The notes beneath the pieces were generated by a model. The model was not told the origin of the DNA. It did not search any database and worked only from the letters and a program-made list of their open reading frames with translations. A stretch of DNA of 64,000 nt from Thaumarchaeota archaeon UBA223 (GTDB lineage: Archaea; Thermoproteota; Nitrososphaeria; Nitrososphaerales; UBA57), in the NCBI GenBank assembly GCA_002495905.1, contig DAHJ01000025.1, forward strand, positions 21,995-85,994, read 5' to 3'. The translations under genes and the position numbers were made by a program. Positions within the stretch are counted from its first letter, which is position 1; the number at the start of each line of letters is the position of its first letter. Below, one piece after another: positions 19,464 to 29,597 of the stretch.

Positions 19464-20675
19464 TTAAGGCAAATAAGGCAAAAGAAACATAGATAAAATT
19501 AGAAAGAGGATAGAGAAAGACACAAGTCTACTTATATAATCAATTTTATTTGGAGAAATTTTGTTTTTAGTAATAGATTTCAATCCGCGTTTAAAGGCTT
19601 GACCTCCATCCAATGGTCCCAAAGGCAGGGCATTAAAAACACCTAAATTGAAATTAATAAACCAAATCCAGAAAAGTAGATTTGTCAAAATAGTATATTG
19701 GCTTCCCAAACTAGAGGTGTAAAAATTTTGCATAGAAGAAGAAAAGGGAACAGAATAACTATCACTAGATGGAAAAGAAAAATATACTAAGATATTTGGA
19801 GAGATACTAAGTCCATTTTGATACCTGGATAATGAGTCGTCGATATCAACAGAAGGCCTCATAATTCCAATAAAAGCTTCTTCAGGATTATCTGGACGAC
19901 TAGACAAAACAATTTCATGATCAGATTGAACAGATTGGCGTTGAATTGTCAGAACAATGGTATCTCCAGGACTAAGAGAATCAAAATTGTCTGAAAAAGA
20001 GTCCGAGTCAGTTACTGGAATATTATTAAGATGAGTAATTATGTCACCAGGAAGTAAGCCAGAAAGATTAGCAGGAGAATCTACAACAATTTGACTAATG
20101 GGTATTCCATCGGCAACAGGTTCCATAGTATTAACAACTCCAACTAAAAGTAGTAATGAAATAAGTCCTACTACAATATTACTGCCAGAACCTGCAGCAA
20201 TTATACGACCTGATTTTTTAAAAGATGTAGAATCTAATTTAGTATCGTCAACTTCAACGAAAGCACCAATCGGTAAGAAAAGGAATAGCATAACTCCAGA
20301 AGATCTAACTGGAACATCAACTGCTCGTGCAATTACGCCGTGTGAAAGTTCGTGAATAACAATACCAATGAATATTGCAATCCAGCCATAAATTATTGGA
20401 AGATAAGGATTAAGACCGGGAATTAATAAAGCGCCTTGAGGACCTGTTTCACGAGCGATTTCTCGGACTTCAGGAAAAGAAAGATAAAGAGATGCAGTCA
20501 ATAGAAGTATAGATATAGCTAAAAGAGAAAATATAGGCATAAGAAAGAGTGATATCCAACTCAAAATTGATATAAAACGAAATTTAGATAATTTTTCCAT
20601 TAAACTTTTGCCTCTAGAAGTTTTTATTATAACTAAAGGAAAACGGAAATCGAAATTAGAATCTTCATCAGCCAT
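19464..20675 (-). CDS. Site-2 (M50) intramembrane metalloprotease with PDZ domain
   Basis: HELSH, GAFVE, PDZ-like DSPA..SGL.PGD, NALPLGPLDG. Confidence 0.92.
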   Translation of the reverse strand: MADEDSNFDFRFPLVIIKTSRGKSLMEKLSKFRFISILSWISLFLMPIFSLLAISILLLTASLYLSFPEVREIARETGPQGALLIPGLNPYLPIIYGWIAIFIGIVIHELSHGVIARAVDVPVRSSGVMLFLFLPIGAFVEVDDTKLDSTSFKKSGRIIAAGSGSNIVVGLISLLLLVGVVNTMEPVADGIPISQIVVDSPANLSGLLPGDIITHLNNIPVTDSDSFSDNFDSLSPGDTIVLTIQRQSVQSDHEIVLSSRPDNPEEAFIGIMRPSVDIDDSLSRYQNGLSISPNILVYFSFPSSDSYSVPFSSSMQNFYTSSLGSQYTILTNLLFWIWFINFNLGVFNALPLGPLDGGQAFKRGLKSITKNKISPNKIDYISRLVSFSILFLILSMFLLPYLP

Positions 20676-20774
20676 GAAATATGAAATAATTTGAAAGGTA
20701 TAAAGATTAATTGAAAAACGAATATTTTACTGTCGGAAGAATAATCAATAAATATTCGAAGGAATTATAATTAC

Positions 20775-21077
20775 TTGTTGAAAATACCTGTAAGACGATG
20801 GGATGGAGAATCAAGAAAATGGCTTGATGAATTGGATGGAGTAATAAAAGCTCCAGCAAAAATGGATAAATCTGCCGGAATGCAGGAAATCGACCCTAAA
20901 ACAGCGACAATTTGCGTAATGTGTGAGAAGATAATAACAAAACAGCAACTAGATGGTGGAAGAAGAACTTACTGGAATGAAGGTATAAGTAACGGAAAAT
21001 TGATTAAAGCTGGATGGATTCATCAAGAATGTTTAGGATTTAATTCTGGAGTGTATGAAAAGGCATACATGCCTTAG
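20775..21077 (+). CDS. Hypothetical protein with CxxC...HxxC Zn-finger
   Basis: CVMC...GWIHQEC; TTG start. Confidence 0.6.
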   Translation: MLKIPVRRWDGESRKWLDELDGVIKAPAKMDKSAGMQEIDPKTATICVMCEKIITKQQLDGGRRTYWNEGISNGKLIKAGWIHQECLGFNSGVYEKAYMP

Positions 21078-21388
21078 TTATTTTCATTAATTTTTTCATT
21101 AATTTGTTTTGACATAGCATGTCCTGAAACAATTACCTTAACATCGCCTATTTTGTCCATTTTCTCCACGCTTTTTTTGATATCCATAGAAATCTGTAGA
21201 GCAAAAACTGGAGGACAATATGGAGTTGTCGCATGATATTTGACTTCGACAGAATTATCTTCAGAAATATTAACCTCGTCTATCAACCCATTGCCTTCGC
21301 CCATTTCAAGAATAGGAACATTTATTTCTGGATCAACAACTTCAGACATAGCTTCTAAAACATCGTCTTCAGAAAAATCTGTGGACAT
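21074..21388 (-). CDS. DUF59/MIP18-like Fe-S assembly protein
   Basis: VVDPEI, TTPYCP; follows the ferredoxin. Confidence 0.85.
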   Translation of the reverse strand: MSTDFSEDDVLEAMSEVVDPEINVPILEMGEGNGLIDEVNISEDNSVEVKYHATTPYCPPVFALQISMDIKKSVEKMDKIGDVKVIVSGHAMSKQINEKINENN

Positions 21389-21403
21389 ATGATACAGGCC
21401 TGA

Positions 21404-21871
<468 letters not shown>

Positions 21872-21933
21872 TTATGGTTAATATCAAAGTTGAAAGAGTA
21901 TATAACTGCTGTTATTTTATATTTAGTAATAAT

Positions 21934-23088
21934 TTATCGAGGAGGTATCTTTTCTAATGCCTTGGATATATCTGATTCAGAAACAGTAAGAGAGAACCTT
22001 ACATAATTATCACCTTCATTTCCAAAACCGGAACCAGGAGTAACAACTATTCCTTGGTCCAATAAATTCATAGCAAAACTTTCACAACTTTCATCAATCT
22101 TCATCCATAAATAAAATGTGCCAGAAGGCATTTTTACATCATAACCAAGTTTCAATAGACCATTATAAAGTAAAGACATTCTATTTTCATATGTTTCGAT
22201 ATTATCTAGAATCTCTTTAGGAGGTTTTCCATTAGAATAACTCTCGAGTGCAGTTGTAGCAGCATGTTGAATAAATTTAGGTGAACCAGAATCTATTTGA
22301 TTCTTGATTTTTTTAAGACCGTCAATAAGAGATTTATTCCCTACAGCAAATCCAATTCGATATCCAGTCATATTGAACGTTTTTGACAAGGAGTGAAATT
22401 CGATGCTGTTTTGTCTTGCATTTTCACATTGTAATATAGAAGGAGCAGAATACCCTCCATAAGTTATTTCAGAATAGGCATTATCATAAACAATAATAGA
22501 TTTTTTATCATTACAGATATTCACTATATTATTAAGTTCTGATAGTTGAATAATTGCACCAGTAGGATTATTAGGATAATTCAAGTATATTCCAGAAAAA
22601 TTAGTTTCTTGTAATTGATTACTTTGAGGAATATAATTAGATTCAGCAGATAAATTAATAATTGCTGGTTTGAAATCATTCAAAATAGTTCCGCCATGTT
22701 CATAAAGAGGATATCCAGGATTGGGTACAGCAATAGTATCGCCTGAATTAAAAAACGCACGAAATATATGTGCTAGTCCTTCTTTAGAACCAATCAATGC
22801 ACAAATTTCTTCATCAGGATCAATAGATACGTTAAAACGTTTTTCAAACCAGATAGAAATACTATCACGAAAAGATTTTTCACCCGCACTAGAAGAATAA
22901 TTATGATTTCCAGGAATAGAAAGACCTTCGATTAATGCATCATTGATGAAATTAGGTGTTTTTAGATCAGGATCTCCTATACCAAAACTGATAAGATCAA
23001 CCCCTTCTTGACGTTTTTGAGAAATTAAAGACTCAAGCTTAGCAAAAGGATAAGGAGGAAGTGAATTTAGAAGATCAGAGTGTTTCAT
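21934..23088 (-). CDS. dapL: LL-diaminopimelate aminotransferase (class I/II PLP)
   Basis: PPYPF, GIGDPD, IGSKEG, NYPNNPTG, SLSKTFNMTGYRIG; located in the dap operon. Confidence 0.82.
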   Translation of the reverse strand: MKHSDLLNSLPPYPFAKLESLISQKRQEGVDLISFGIGDPDLKTPNFINDALIEGLSIPGNHNYSSSAGEKSFRDSISIWFEKRFNVSIDPDEEICALIGSKEGLAHIFRAFFNSGDTIAVPNPGYPLYEHGGTILNDFKPAIINLSAESNYIPQSNQLQETNFSGIYLNYPNNPTGAIIQLSELNNIVNICNDKKSIIVYDNAYSEITYGGYSAPSILQCENARQNSIEFHSLSKTFNMTGYRIGFAVGNKSLIDGLKKIKNQIDSGSPKFIQHAATTALESYSNGKPPKEILDNIETYENRMSLLYNGLLKLGYDVKMPSGTFYLWMKIDESCESFAMNLLDQGIVVTPGSGFGNEGDNYVRFSLTVSESDISKALEKIPPR

Positions 23089-24368
23089 TTAAACCACGTA
23101 ACAACTTTTTGACCCTTAATTAAATCATTTATAGTTTCTCTTTGTCTTATTATTTTGTACTTCTTTTTGTTGATCATTACTTCAGCAGCTCTAGGGCGAG
23201 TATTATAATGTGAACTCATGGAGAAGCCATATGCTCCAACATTTAATATAGCTAACAAATCACCTTCTTTTACAGTACCAATCTTTCGATTTTTTGCAAG
23301 AATATCGGTATTTTCACAGATTTGTCCGCAAATATTTACTGGTTTCTTAGGTCGAGAATTTAATCTACTAGCATTCAAGACATGATGATAAGCATCGTAC
23401 AAAGCAGGTCTTAATAATGTATTCATGCCAGCATCAACACCAATATATTTTATTGGGCCAGATTTTATTGAATGAACGCTTGTTAACAATATAGTAGAAT
23501 CAGCTACTAAATATCTTCCAGGTTCAACAAATAACCAAGGATTATTAAGAATTTTAGAAGATTTTTTGCCATTAAAAATTTTGCCAATATCGGAACCAAC
23601 TTTTTTAATATCAAGTGATTTTTCTGGAGGCCGGTAAGGAATTCCAAAACCTCCGCCAATGTTTATGAAATCAAGAGAAATCTTACATTCTTCAACTATT
23701 TCAACAGCAATATCAATTAATTTGTTTGTGGCTTTTTTAAAATAAGAAGCATCAAGAATTGATGAACCTGTCATCATATGTATTCCGAATTTTTTTACTC
23801 CAGCTTTTTTAGCTATATTATAAGACTCGATAGCATCATTCTTACTCATACCAAATTTAGTATTTTTTCCTCCAAATACAAGTCCACTATGTGAACCTCC
23901 TCCAATACCAGGGTTAATACGAAGGGAAATAAAATTCGGAGTTCCTATTCTAAGCAATCTAGGTAGAATTGAAGAACTATCTACATTAATAATAATTTTT
24001 TGTTTTAGTGCAAAAGAAAGTTGATCTTCAGAATTGTAATTTCCAGTATATAGAATATCTTTGCTGGAAAAACCCATTTTTTTAGCTAAAGAGATTTCTT
24101 CAGGACATGAACAATCAGCGCCGCTACCTAAAGAATTGAATAATTTAAGAACAGAAAGATTGTTGTTAGCTTTTACTGCATAATTGATTTTAAATTTATC
24201 ATAATGAGAAGAGAAAGCTGAATGTAAATTATTATAATTAGAGATTATTCTTTCTGAATCAGTAACAAATAATGGAGTACCAAATTCATTAGCAAGTTTA
24301 GCAGTATTAACATTTGCAAAGAATAATTTGCCATTTATATTTTTTAAAGGAGTTTCGATTTTCCACAT
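23085..24368 (-). CDS. lysA: Diaminopimelate decarboxylase
   Basis: YAVKAN, KFG, NIGGG, EPGRY, GQICENTD, GAYG. Confidence 0.95.
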   Translation of the reverse strand: MWKIETPLKNINGKLFFANVNTAKLANEFGTPLFVTDSERIISNYNNLHSAFSSHYDKFKINYAVKANNNLSVLKLFNSLGSGADCSCPEEISLAKKMGFSSKDILYTGNYNSEDQLSFALKQKIIINVDSSSILPRLLRIGTPNFISLRINPGIGGGSHSGLVFGGKNTKFGMSKNDAIESYNIAKKAGVKKFGIHMMTGSSILDASYFKKATNKLIDIAVEIVEECKISLDFINIGGGFGIPYRPPEKSLDIKKVGSDIGKIFNGKKSSKILNNPWLFVEPGRYLVADSTILLTSVHSIKSGPIKYIGVDAGMNTLLRPALYDAYHHVLNASRLNSRPKKPVNICGQICENTDILAKNRKIGTVKEGDLLAILNVGAYGFSMSSHYNTRPRAAEVMINKKKYKIIRQRETINDLIKGQKVVTWFK

Positions 24369-24375
24369 ATTTATG

Positions 24376-25185
24376 TCACTGACGTGATATTACATCTTGC
24401 ATACTATAAATTCGTGGTTCTGAGATATTATTAAGCCAAGTAGCAGCAGAAAGTGCACCTCTTGCAAATGCCAAACGAGAGAATGCAATATGTTCTAGTC
24501 TAAGAATTTCATGTTGGCCGGCAATACTAACTTCATGTATTCCAGGCGTTCCTCCAAGCCTTTCAGAGGTGACTTCCAATTGGGATTTCTCACGTTTTCC
24601 ATGTTTACTGCGATTAAAAACAAGATCTTCGTAGCCTTTAGAGTCAGAAATGATTTTTGCAATTGAAAGCGCAGTTCCACTTGGAGAATCAATCTTCTTA
24701 GAATGATGTTTTTCATTTATACTAATTTCAAATTCATCAGAAAGTTGACCAACTAATTCAGAAATACGAAAGAGAAAATTCATGCCAATAGAGAAATTTG
24801 AAGTAATTATAGAAGGAATTTTTTGCTCGAGAATCGAAACTAATTGAGAATATTGTTCGTCGGAAAAACCAGTAGTACCAATTATAACTTTTTTATTATT
24901 TTTGACATAAACAGGAGCATTAGTAATTTCTGAATCAGGAATTGTAGCAGATATAGTAACGTCGGCAGTTGAGATTGCAGATGATAAATCGGAAGAACTA
25001 GTAATTTGAATATCAGAATCAATTATACCAAGGTCATTTAATGATTTATCAAGGAAACTACTATTCGGAGCTTCTACTGCTCCAACTATATCAAAATTAT
25101 CAACACTTTCCTGAATGATAGATTTACCGAGTCTTCCACAAGCGCCAACAATACAAAGTTTAGTACGAGTCATAATACAATCCAT
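24376..25185 (-). CDS. dapB: 4-hydroxy-tetrahydrodipicolinate reductase
   Basis: GACGRLG, GTTG, NFSIG, EKHHSKKIDSPSGTA; likely start about 25173. Confidence 0.95.
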   Translation of the reverse strand: MDCIMTRTKLCIVGACGRLGKSIIQESVDNFDIVGAVEAPNSSFLDKSLNDLGIIDSDIQITSSSDLSSAISTADVTISATIPDSEITNAPVYVKNNKKVIIGTTGFSDEQYSQLVSILEQKIPSIITSNFSIGMNFLFRISELVGQLSDEFEISINEKHHSKKIDSPSGTALSIAKIISDSKGYEDLVFNRSKHGKREKSQLEVTSERLGGTPGIHEVSIAGQHEILRLEHIAFSRLAFARGALSAATWLNNISEPRIYSMQDVISRQ

Positions 25186-26206
25186 TTATGTGTTTATCAG
25201 AGTATAATCTTTCTTGAAAGTCGATATCAAAAAAGCTTTCTGCAGGCTTGAATAGGTCACTATTTTCATAGACTAACTTAGATTGTTCAAGTATAAAATC
25301 TAAGGCTTGTTTAGTGACTAATCCAAGAGGTTGACGAGATGGACCAGAAGGTAAACCAAGTATTCTCATTAATGTTTTTGTAGGTACAGGATTACGTGAC
25401 TTTACAAGTACTTCTCCCAGATTAGTAGATTCAGTTGTTTGAACACCAACTAATTTGAACAATGGTGAGGCATTTTTTTCAAGATCTATATAATCAGAGT
25501 TATCTTCAAGAGTTTTTAGAACTAATTGAGTAATTGCACCAGGAACTAGATTAGATGCAACAGATATAACTCCAGTAGATTTTATAGAATCATTCTGGAT
25601 CAGTTTCACAGTCTTATCGTCGTCGCCAGACAGAATACAGAAATTTGAGCCGCAGAGTTTTCTAGTAAGTTCGGCATTATCAAAATCACCAGTAGCCTCT
25701 TTAACAGTGTTGATATTAGGATAGTTTTTGTAAGAAAGAGCGAGATCTTGTGGTAATAATTGTGTTCCAGTACGTCCGGGGATAATATAAGGAATAATAG
25801 TTACGGAAGGAAATTTGTTTGCAATGACTTCTATATACTCTTTACGAATTTCAAGTGAACTAGGTCCATTATAATAAGGATCAATAAGAAGAATATTTTT
25901 TATACCTAAATCATATGCAAATTGAGTAACTTTTAGACTTTCTTCAGTATTATTACTTCCAGTGCCAGCAATGATAGTTGTGCGTTCACCTGCAATCTCA
26001 TATACTGTTTTAATTATATCTTCATGCTCAGACCAAGACAATGTTGGACTTTCCCCAGTAGTTCCAGCAACAAGAATACCAGAAACTCCTTGAGATATTT
26101 GGAATTCAACAAGTTGAGTTAGACCTTCATAATCAACTTTATAATCATTAGTAAATGGAGTTATTAGAGCAGTATAACATCCTTTGAACAATTTTTTATC
26201 ATTCAT
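25160..26206 (-). CDS. dapA: 4-hydroxy-tetrahydrodipicolinate synthase
   Basis: TALITPF, GTTGES, PYYN, Y.IPGRTG, KEA, SGDD; C-terminal extension. Confidence 0.93.
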   Translation of the reverse strand: MNDKKLFKGCYTALITPFTNDYKVDYEGLTQLVEFQISQGVSGILVAGTTGESPTLSWSEHEDIIKTVYEIAGERTTIIAGTGSNNTEESLKVTQFAYDLGIKNILLIDPYYNGPSSLEIRKEYIEVIANKFPSVTIIPYIIPGRTGTQLLPQDLALSYKNYPNINTVKEATGDFDNAELTRKLCGSNFCILSGDDDKTVKLIQNDSIKSTGVISVASNLVPGAITQLVLKTLEDNSDYIDLEKNASPLFKLVGVQTTESTNLGEVLVKSRNPVPTKTLMRILGLPSGPSRQPLGLVTKQALDFILEQSKLVYENSDLFKPAESFFDIDFQERLYSDKHINGLYYDSY

Positions 26207-26299
26207 ATTAAGTAATACTTCGAGTTAAGTACTGCGGAAATATACATAAAATAAATATAACAAATAAACCTAAAAACAAGACTACCAATAAAATTAAAG

Positions 26300-26401
26300 G
26301 GGCCCGTAACTCAGCTTGGTAGAATAATTTCGCCAAAAGTGACCGACTCATATAATTTCTGAGATATCGGTTTGTCGTGGGATCGAAGCCCACCGGGCCC
26401 A
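26300..26401 (+). tRNA. tRNA with CAT anticodon (likely Ile2, possibly Met) with two introns (about 26323-26337 in the D arm; 26353-26365 at 37/38)
   Basis: Acceptor GGGCCCG/CGGGCCC; anticodon stem ACCGA/TCGGT; T arm GTGGG-ATCGAAG-CCCAC. Removing 15+13 nt gives a 74-nt cloverleaf. The GGGCCCG acceptor is Ile-like. Confidence 0.88.
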
Positions 26402-26530
26402 CATATAATAATGATATTCATTTGAAATTATCAAATGATAAGAGAAAATCATATTCCCTAAAAGAAAATGACGAAAAAATAAAAGAAATTGATATAAAGA
26501 ATTGTATCTTTCGTATCTTGAGTGTCGTTA

Positions 26531-26618
26531 GCCGTCGTAGCTCAGCGTGGTAGAGCAGCTGACTGTTAATCAGCTGGCCGCAGGTTCAAGATTATATATG
26601 AAAATCCTGTCGACGGCG
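26531..26618 (+). tRNA. tRNA-Asn(GTT) with a 14-nt T-loop intron (26591-26604)
   Basis: GCCGTCG/CGACGGC acceptor; GCTGA-CTGTTAA-TCAGC anticodon arm; BHB helix TTCA/TGAA in the T loop. Confidence 0.92.
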
Positions 26619-26623
26619 CTCAA

Positions 26624-27718
26624 TTATTTTTTTGATAAGATATATTTTTCTGAGAAATTTTTATAAGATTTTCTTAAATCGTTTTTATTAGTTGTTGATT
26701 TAAAACCAAAATTAGATAATTCCTCAACATTTCCAGATTCTTTTTGATCATGAGAATATTGAATACCGCGAACAAGGTCTATCAATAATCCACCTGCATT
26801 TGGTCCATCAGTACTTCGTAAATATATGTCAAATCGAACCTTTGAACCAAGGAATGAATCTCCTTCAATCCAGAAGTAATTAGTACGTGAATTACCCATA
26901 AAATCAACATAATCAGTAGTTCCTGAAACAGTTTGGACGTCATATGGTAATTCTGATTCAATAGTTTTGGACTTAACGTTTCGTTTCAAAGCGCGTAAAT
27001 CTTCGTCAACTGTGTTGTTAGTTTCAATTCCTCCACCAACGTCGAGTTGATAACTTTTATTAATTCGAATTCCTCGTTCGTGCATAAGATTCATAATTCC
27101 CTTGTGAAAAGCAGTTCCTCCAAATTGACTCATAAGATCATCTCCAACAACAATTAATTGTTTATCGTTGAAGAGTTTGACAAATTGTGAATTAGTTGAA
27201 ATACTTGTTGGCGAAGCATTGATAAAATTAGACCCAATGTCGCAAGCTATTTCAGCGTATTTTTCTGAACTTTTATGTAAACCAGATGAGATAAGGTTGA
27301 CTACAACATCAGGATTCTTGTTTTTTAGAGAATTTCTAAAATCTTCTTCTGAAAAAGGATCAAACCCCTTTTCTTTAGTCCATTCAATAGAAGATTGAAG
27401 GTTTTCATTAATGCTAGAATCAGAAAGAAGTCCAGGTTCAACGGCAATTCCAGAATCATCTAAATCAATGAATTTTTCTAGTTTATTTGAAGGTGAAAAT
27501 ATACTTTTATGAAGATCTTGTCCTCCGAGTTTATTTTTTTCTATATCATAAGCTCCAACTAATTCAATATCTGATACTTTATAATTTCCAATTAAAGGAT
27601 GCCAGAGTCCATGTTCGTCAGTTTTTTGATTGTTTTTTTCTAGATTTTTATAATAAGCAAGACCTTGAACAAATGCACTGGCTGAGTTGCCTACTCCAAG
27701 AAGTACGGTGCGAATCAT
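26624..27718 (-). CDS. myo-inositol-1-phosphate synthase-like protein (divergent)
   Basis: GVGNSASAFVQG, FINASP, VGDDLMSQFGGT, YQLDVGG, DGPNAGG. Confidence 0.8.
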   Translation of the reverse strand: MIRTVLLGVGNSASAFVQGLAYYKNLEKNNQKTDEHGLWHPLIGNYKVSDIELVGAYDIEKNKLGGQDLHKSIFSPSNKLEKFIDLDDSGIAVEPGLLSDSSINENLQSSIEWTKEKGFDPFSEEDFRNSLKNKNPDVVVNLISSGLHKSSEKYAEIACDIGSNFINASPTSISTNSQFVKLFNDKQLIVVGDDLMSQFGGTAFHKGIMNLMHERGIRINKSYQLDVGGGIETNNTVDEDLRALKRNVKSKTIESELPYDVQTVSGTTDYVDFMGNSRTNYFWIEGDSFLGSKVRFDIYLRSTDGPNAGGLLIDLVRGIQYSHDQKESGNVEELSNFGFKSTTNKNDLRKSYKNFSEKYILSKK

Positions 27719-27925
27719 TTAATCACGAATAACCGAAACTAATCCAAAAATACCTGACAATATAAGAATTAAAGATATAAAATAATAGATAGGAACAATC
27801 TGAGGAGCAAGAGATTGAGTAGACGAAGTATAACTAGCAGACATCAAACCTAATATAATTAATACTATACCAATCACACGAAACATAATATCAGAATCAA
27901 GTTTTCGATTAGTAACAATTGACAT
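27719..27925 (-). CDS. Small two-TM membrane protein
   Basis: 68 aa, two hydrophobic helices, abuts the ino1-like gene. Confidence 0.6.
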   Translation of the reverse strand: MSIVTNRKLDSDIMFRVIGIVLIILGLMSASYTSSTQSLAPQIVPIYYFISLILILSGIFGLVSVIRD

Positions 27926-27969
27926 AGTCTAAATTTATAAGAACAAGGTATTTAGTCTTTCTACAAAAA

Positions 27970-28087
27970 TGGTGCCGGGGGTGGGATTTGAACCCACGAA
28001 CACCTAAGTGACGGGATGTCATATACTTGGCTCTCAAAGAGAGCGATCTTAAGTCCAGCGCCTTTGACCTGGCTCGGCAACCCCGGC
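27970..28087 (-). tRNA. tRNA-Leu(TAA) with an approximately 30-nt anticodon-loop intron (about 28018-28047) and encoded CCA
   Basis: Reverse complement GCCGGGG...CTGGA-CTTAAG-[intron]-A-TCCCG, long variable arm, GTGGGTTCAAATCCCAC, CCCCGGCACCA. Confidence 0.88.
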
Positions 28088-28170
28088 ATTATTTATTATT
28101 GATTTCAGTAGTTTATAATAAATTAAAAAGATTCACAATATAATAAAATAAGAGGTAAAAATAAGAGATT

Positions 28171-29592
28171 ATGATGATATCAAGAAAGATATTGTTGTTG
28201 TTATTGACATTGCCTGTTATTTTAGGATTAATAATAGGTTATCAAATAACGAACGACGAAGGCAAAGGGCAAGAAGAATTGATTGTAGATAGTTGTAACC
28301 TTAGAACTGAGAATAGTAATAATTACATCAAAGAATATCTAATTCCAACTAAATGTTCTGCGCCTGTAGCAATAACAATTGATAAAGAAGGCATAATATG
28401 GTTTATTGAAAACAATAATAGCAAACTAGTTTCATTTAATCCAGATGAGAATTCATTTATCGGATATCAAATTTCAGAACATTATGTAAATGTACAATCT
28501 TGGAGTATTATTGCGGTAAATAACGAAATATGGTTTACGGATCATCAAAATAATCTAGTATGGAAATACACTAAATCAGAAAATAAATTTGAATATTATA
28601 AACTATTAACAGAAAATTCTTATCCGGTACAAATATTAAATAATAAAAATCAAATGATTGTATCCGAAATATTTGGAAAGAAGATTGCAATATTAGAAAT
28701 AGATCAATTAGTAACAAATACAACTAATGGGATAAATGAAATTTCTCCAGAAATAGACTTGGATGTATTAGGAGGAATAGCAATAGATGATGATGGTAGA
28801 ATATGGTATACAATGCTTACATGGCCAATCGAAGGACATTTAGGAAGTTACAAAGATGGAAAATTTACTTCATATAAATTACCGGAAGAGATATCATCGC
28901 CAGTTGGGATTTCAATTAGAGAAAATCAAATATGGATTAATGATCATGGTTCTAGTCAATTTTTATTATTTAATCTTGACAATAATACATTTACAAACTA
29001 TGTAACATCTTCAAGTAAATCAGAATTCACAACAACATTACCATACTGGAATAAATTTGACAATAATGGGAATATTTGGATGAATGTTCATCAATCAAAT
29101 ACTATAGCGAAAATGGATGTGGAAAGAGGTATATTGATTGAATATGAAATACCTACAAGAAATTTTGATTGGGGAGGAATATCAAATCCACTTCAATTCG
29201 ATATAGATGGGCAAGGAAATATTTGGTTTACAGAATGGACCGAGAACAAAATTGCAATACTGAATGCCAATAAACCATTGGGATTTGATATTGAAGTATC
29301 AACTAGAGAGATATCCATAGACAATAATGAAATGGAGGAAATTATACTGACAATAGATCCTAAGAAAGAATTGAATGCTGAAATAAAAATGACCGGAACC
29401 TTCAACAAAAATGGAGTAATAAGTAATATCTCAATAACATTTGATCAAATCGAAAAGGAATTAAATGTAAAAAAAGAAGTTCCAATTTTAATAAAACCGG
29501 ATAATCTATCAAGTGGAGTATATACAATTATGATAAGCGTAGAGAGTGAAGAAATTACTCAATCAATTCCAATAAAATTAATTATGAAATAA
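28171..29592 (+). CDS. Membrane-anchored Vgb (virginiamycin B lyase)-like beta-propeller protein
   Basis: N-terminal TM; repeated P..I..D..G.IWF.E blades; C-terminal beta-sandwich-like region. Confidence 0.8.
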   Translation: MMISRKILLLLLTLPVILGLIIGYQITNDEGKGQEELIVDSCNLRTENSNNYIKEYLIPTKCSAPVAITIDKEGIIWFIENNNSKLVSFNPDENSFIGYQISEHYVNVQSWSIIAVNNEIWFTDHQNNLVWKYTKSENKFEYYKLLTENSYPVQILNNKNQMIVSEIFGKKIAILEIDQLVTNTTNGINEISPEIDLDVLGGIAIDDDGRIWYTMLTWPIEGHLGSYKDGKFTSYKLPEEISSPVGISIRENQIWINDHGSSQFLLFNLDNNTFTNYVTSSSKSEFTTTLPYWNKFDNNGNIWMNVHQSNTIAKMDVERGILIEYEIPTRNFDWGGISNPLQFDIDGQGNIWFTEWTENKIAILNANKPLGFDIEVSTREISIDNNEMEEIILTIDPKKELNAEIKMTGTFNKNGVISNISITFDQIEKELNVKKEVPILIKPDNLSSGVYTIMISVESEEITQSIPIKLIMK

Positions 29593-29597
29593 TTGTA

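Noticed and set aside
26208..26402. 64-aa minus-strand ORF in the track
   Set aside because: It is the antisense shadow of the CAT tRNA gene.
26418..26438. Inverted repeat TCATTTGA-N5-TCAAATGA between two tRNAs
   Set aside because: It is a single AT-rich 8-bp palindrome with no second copy noticed; it could be chance or a simple terminator.
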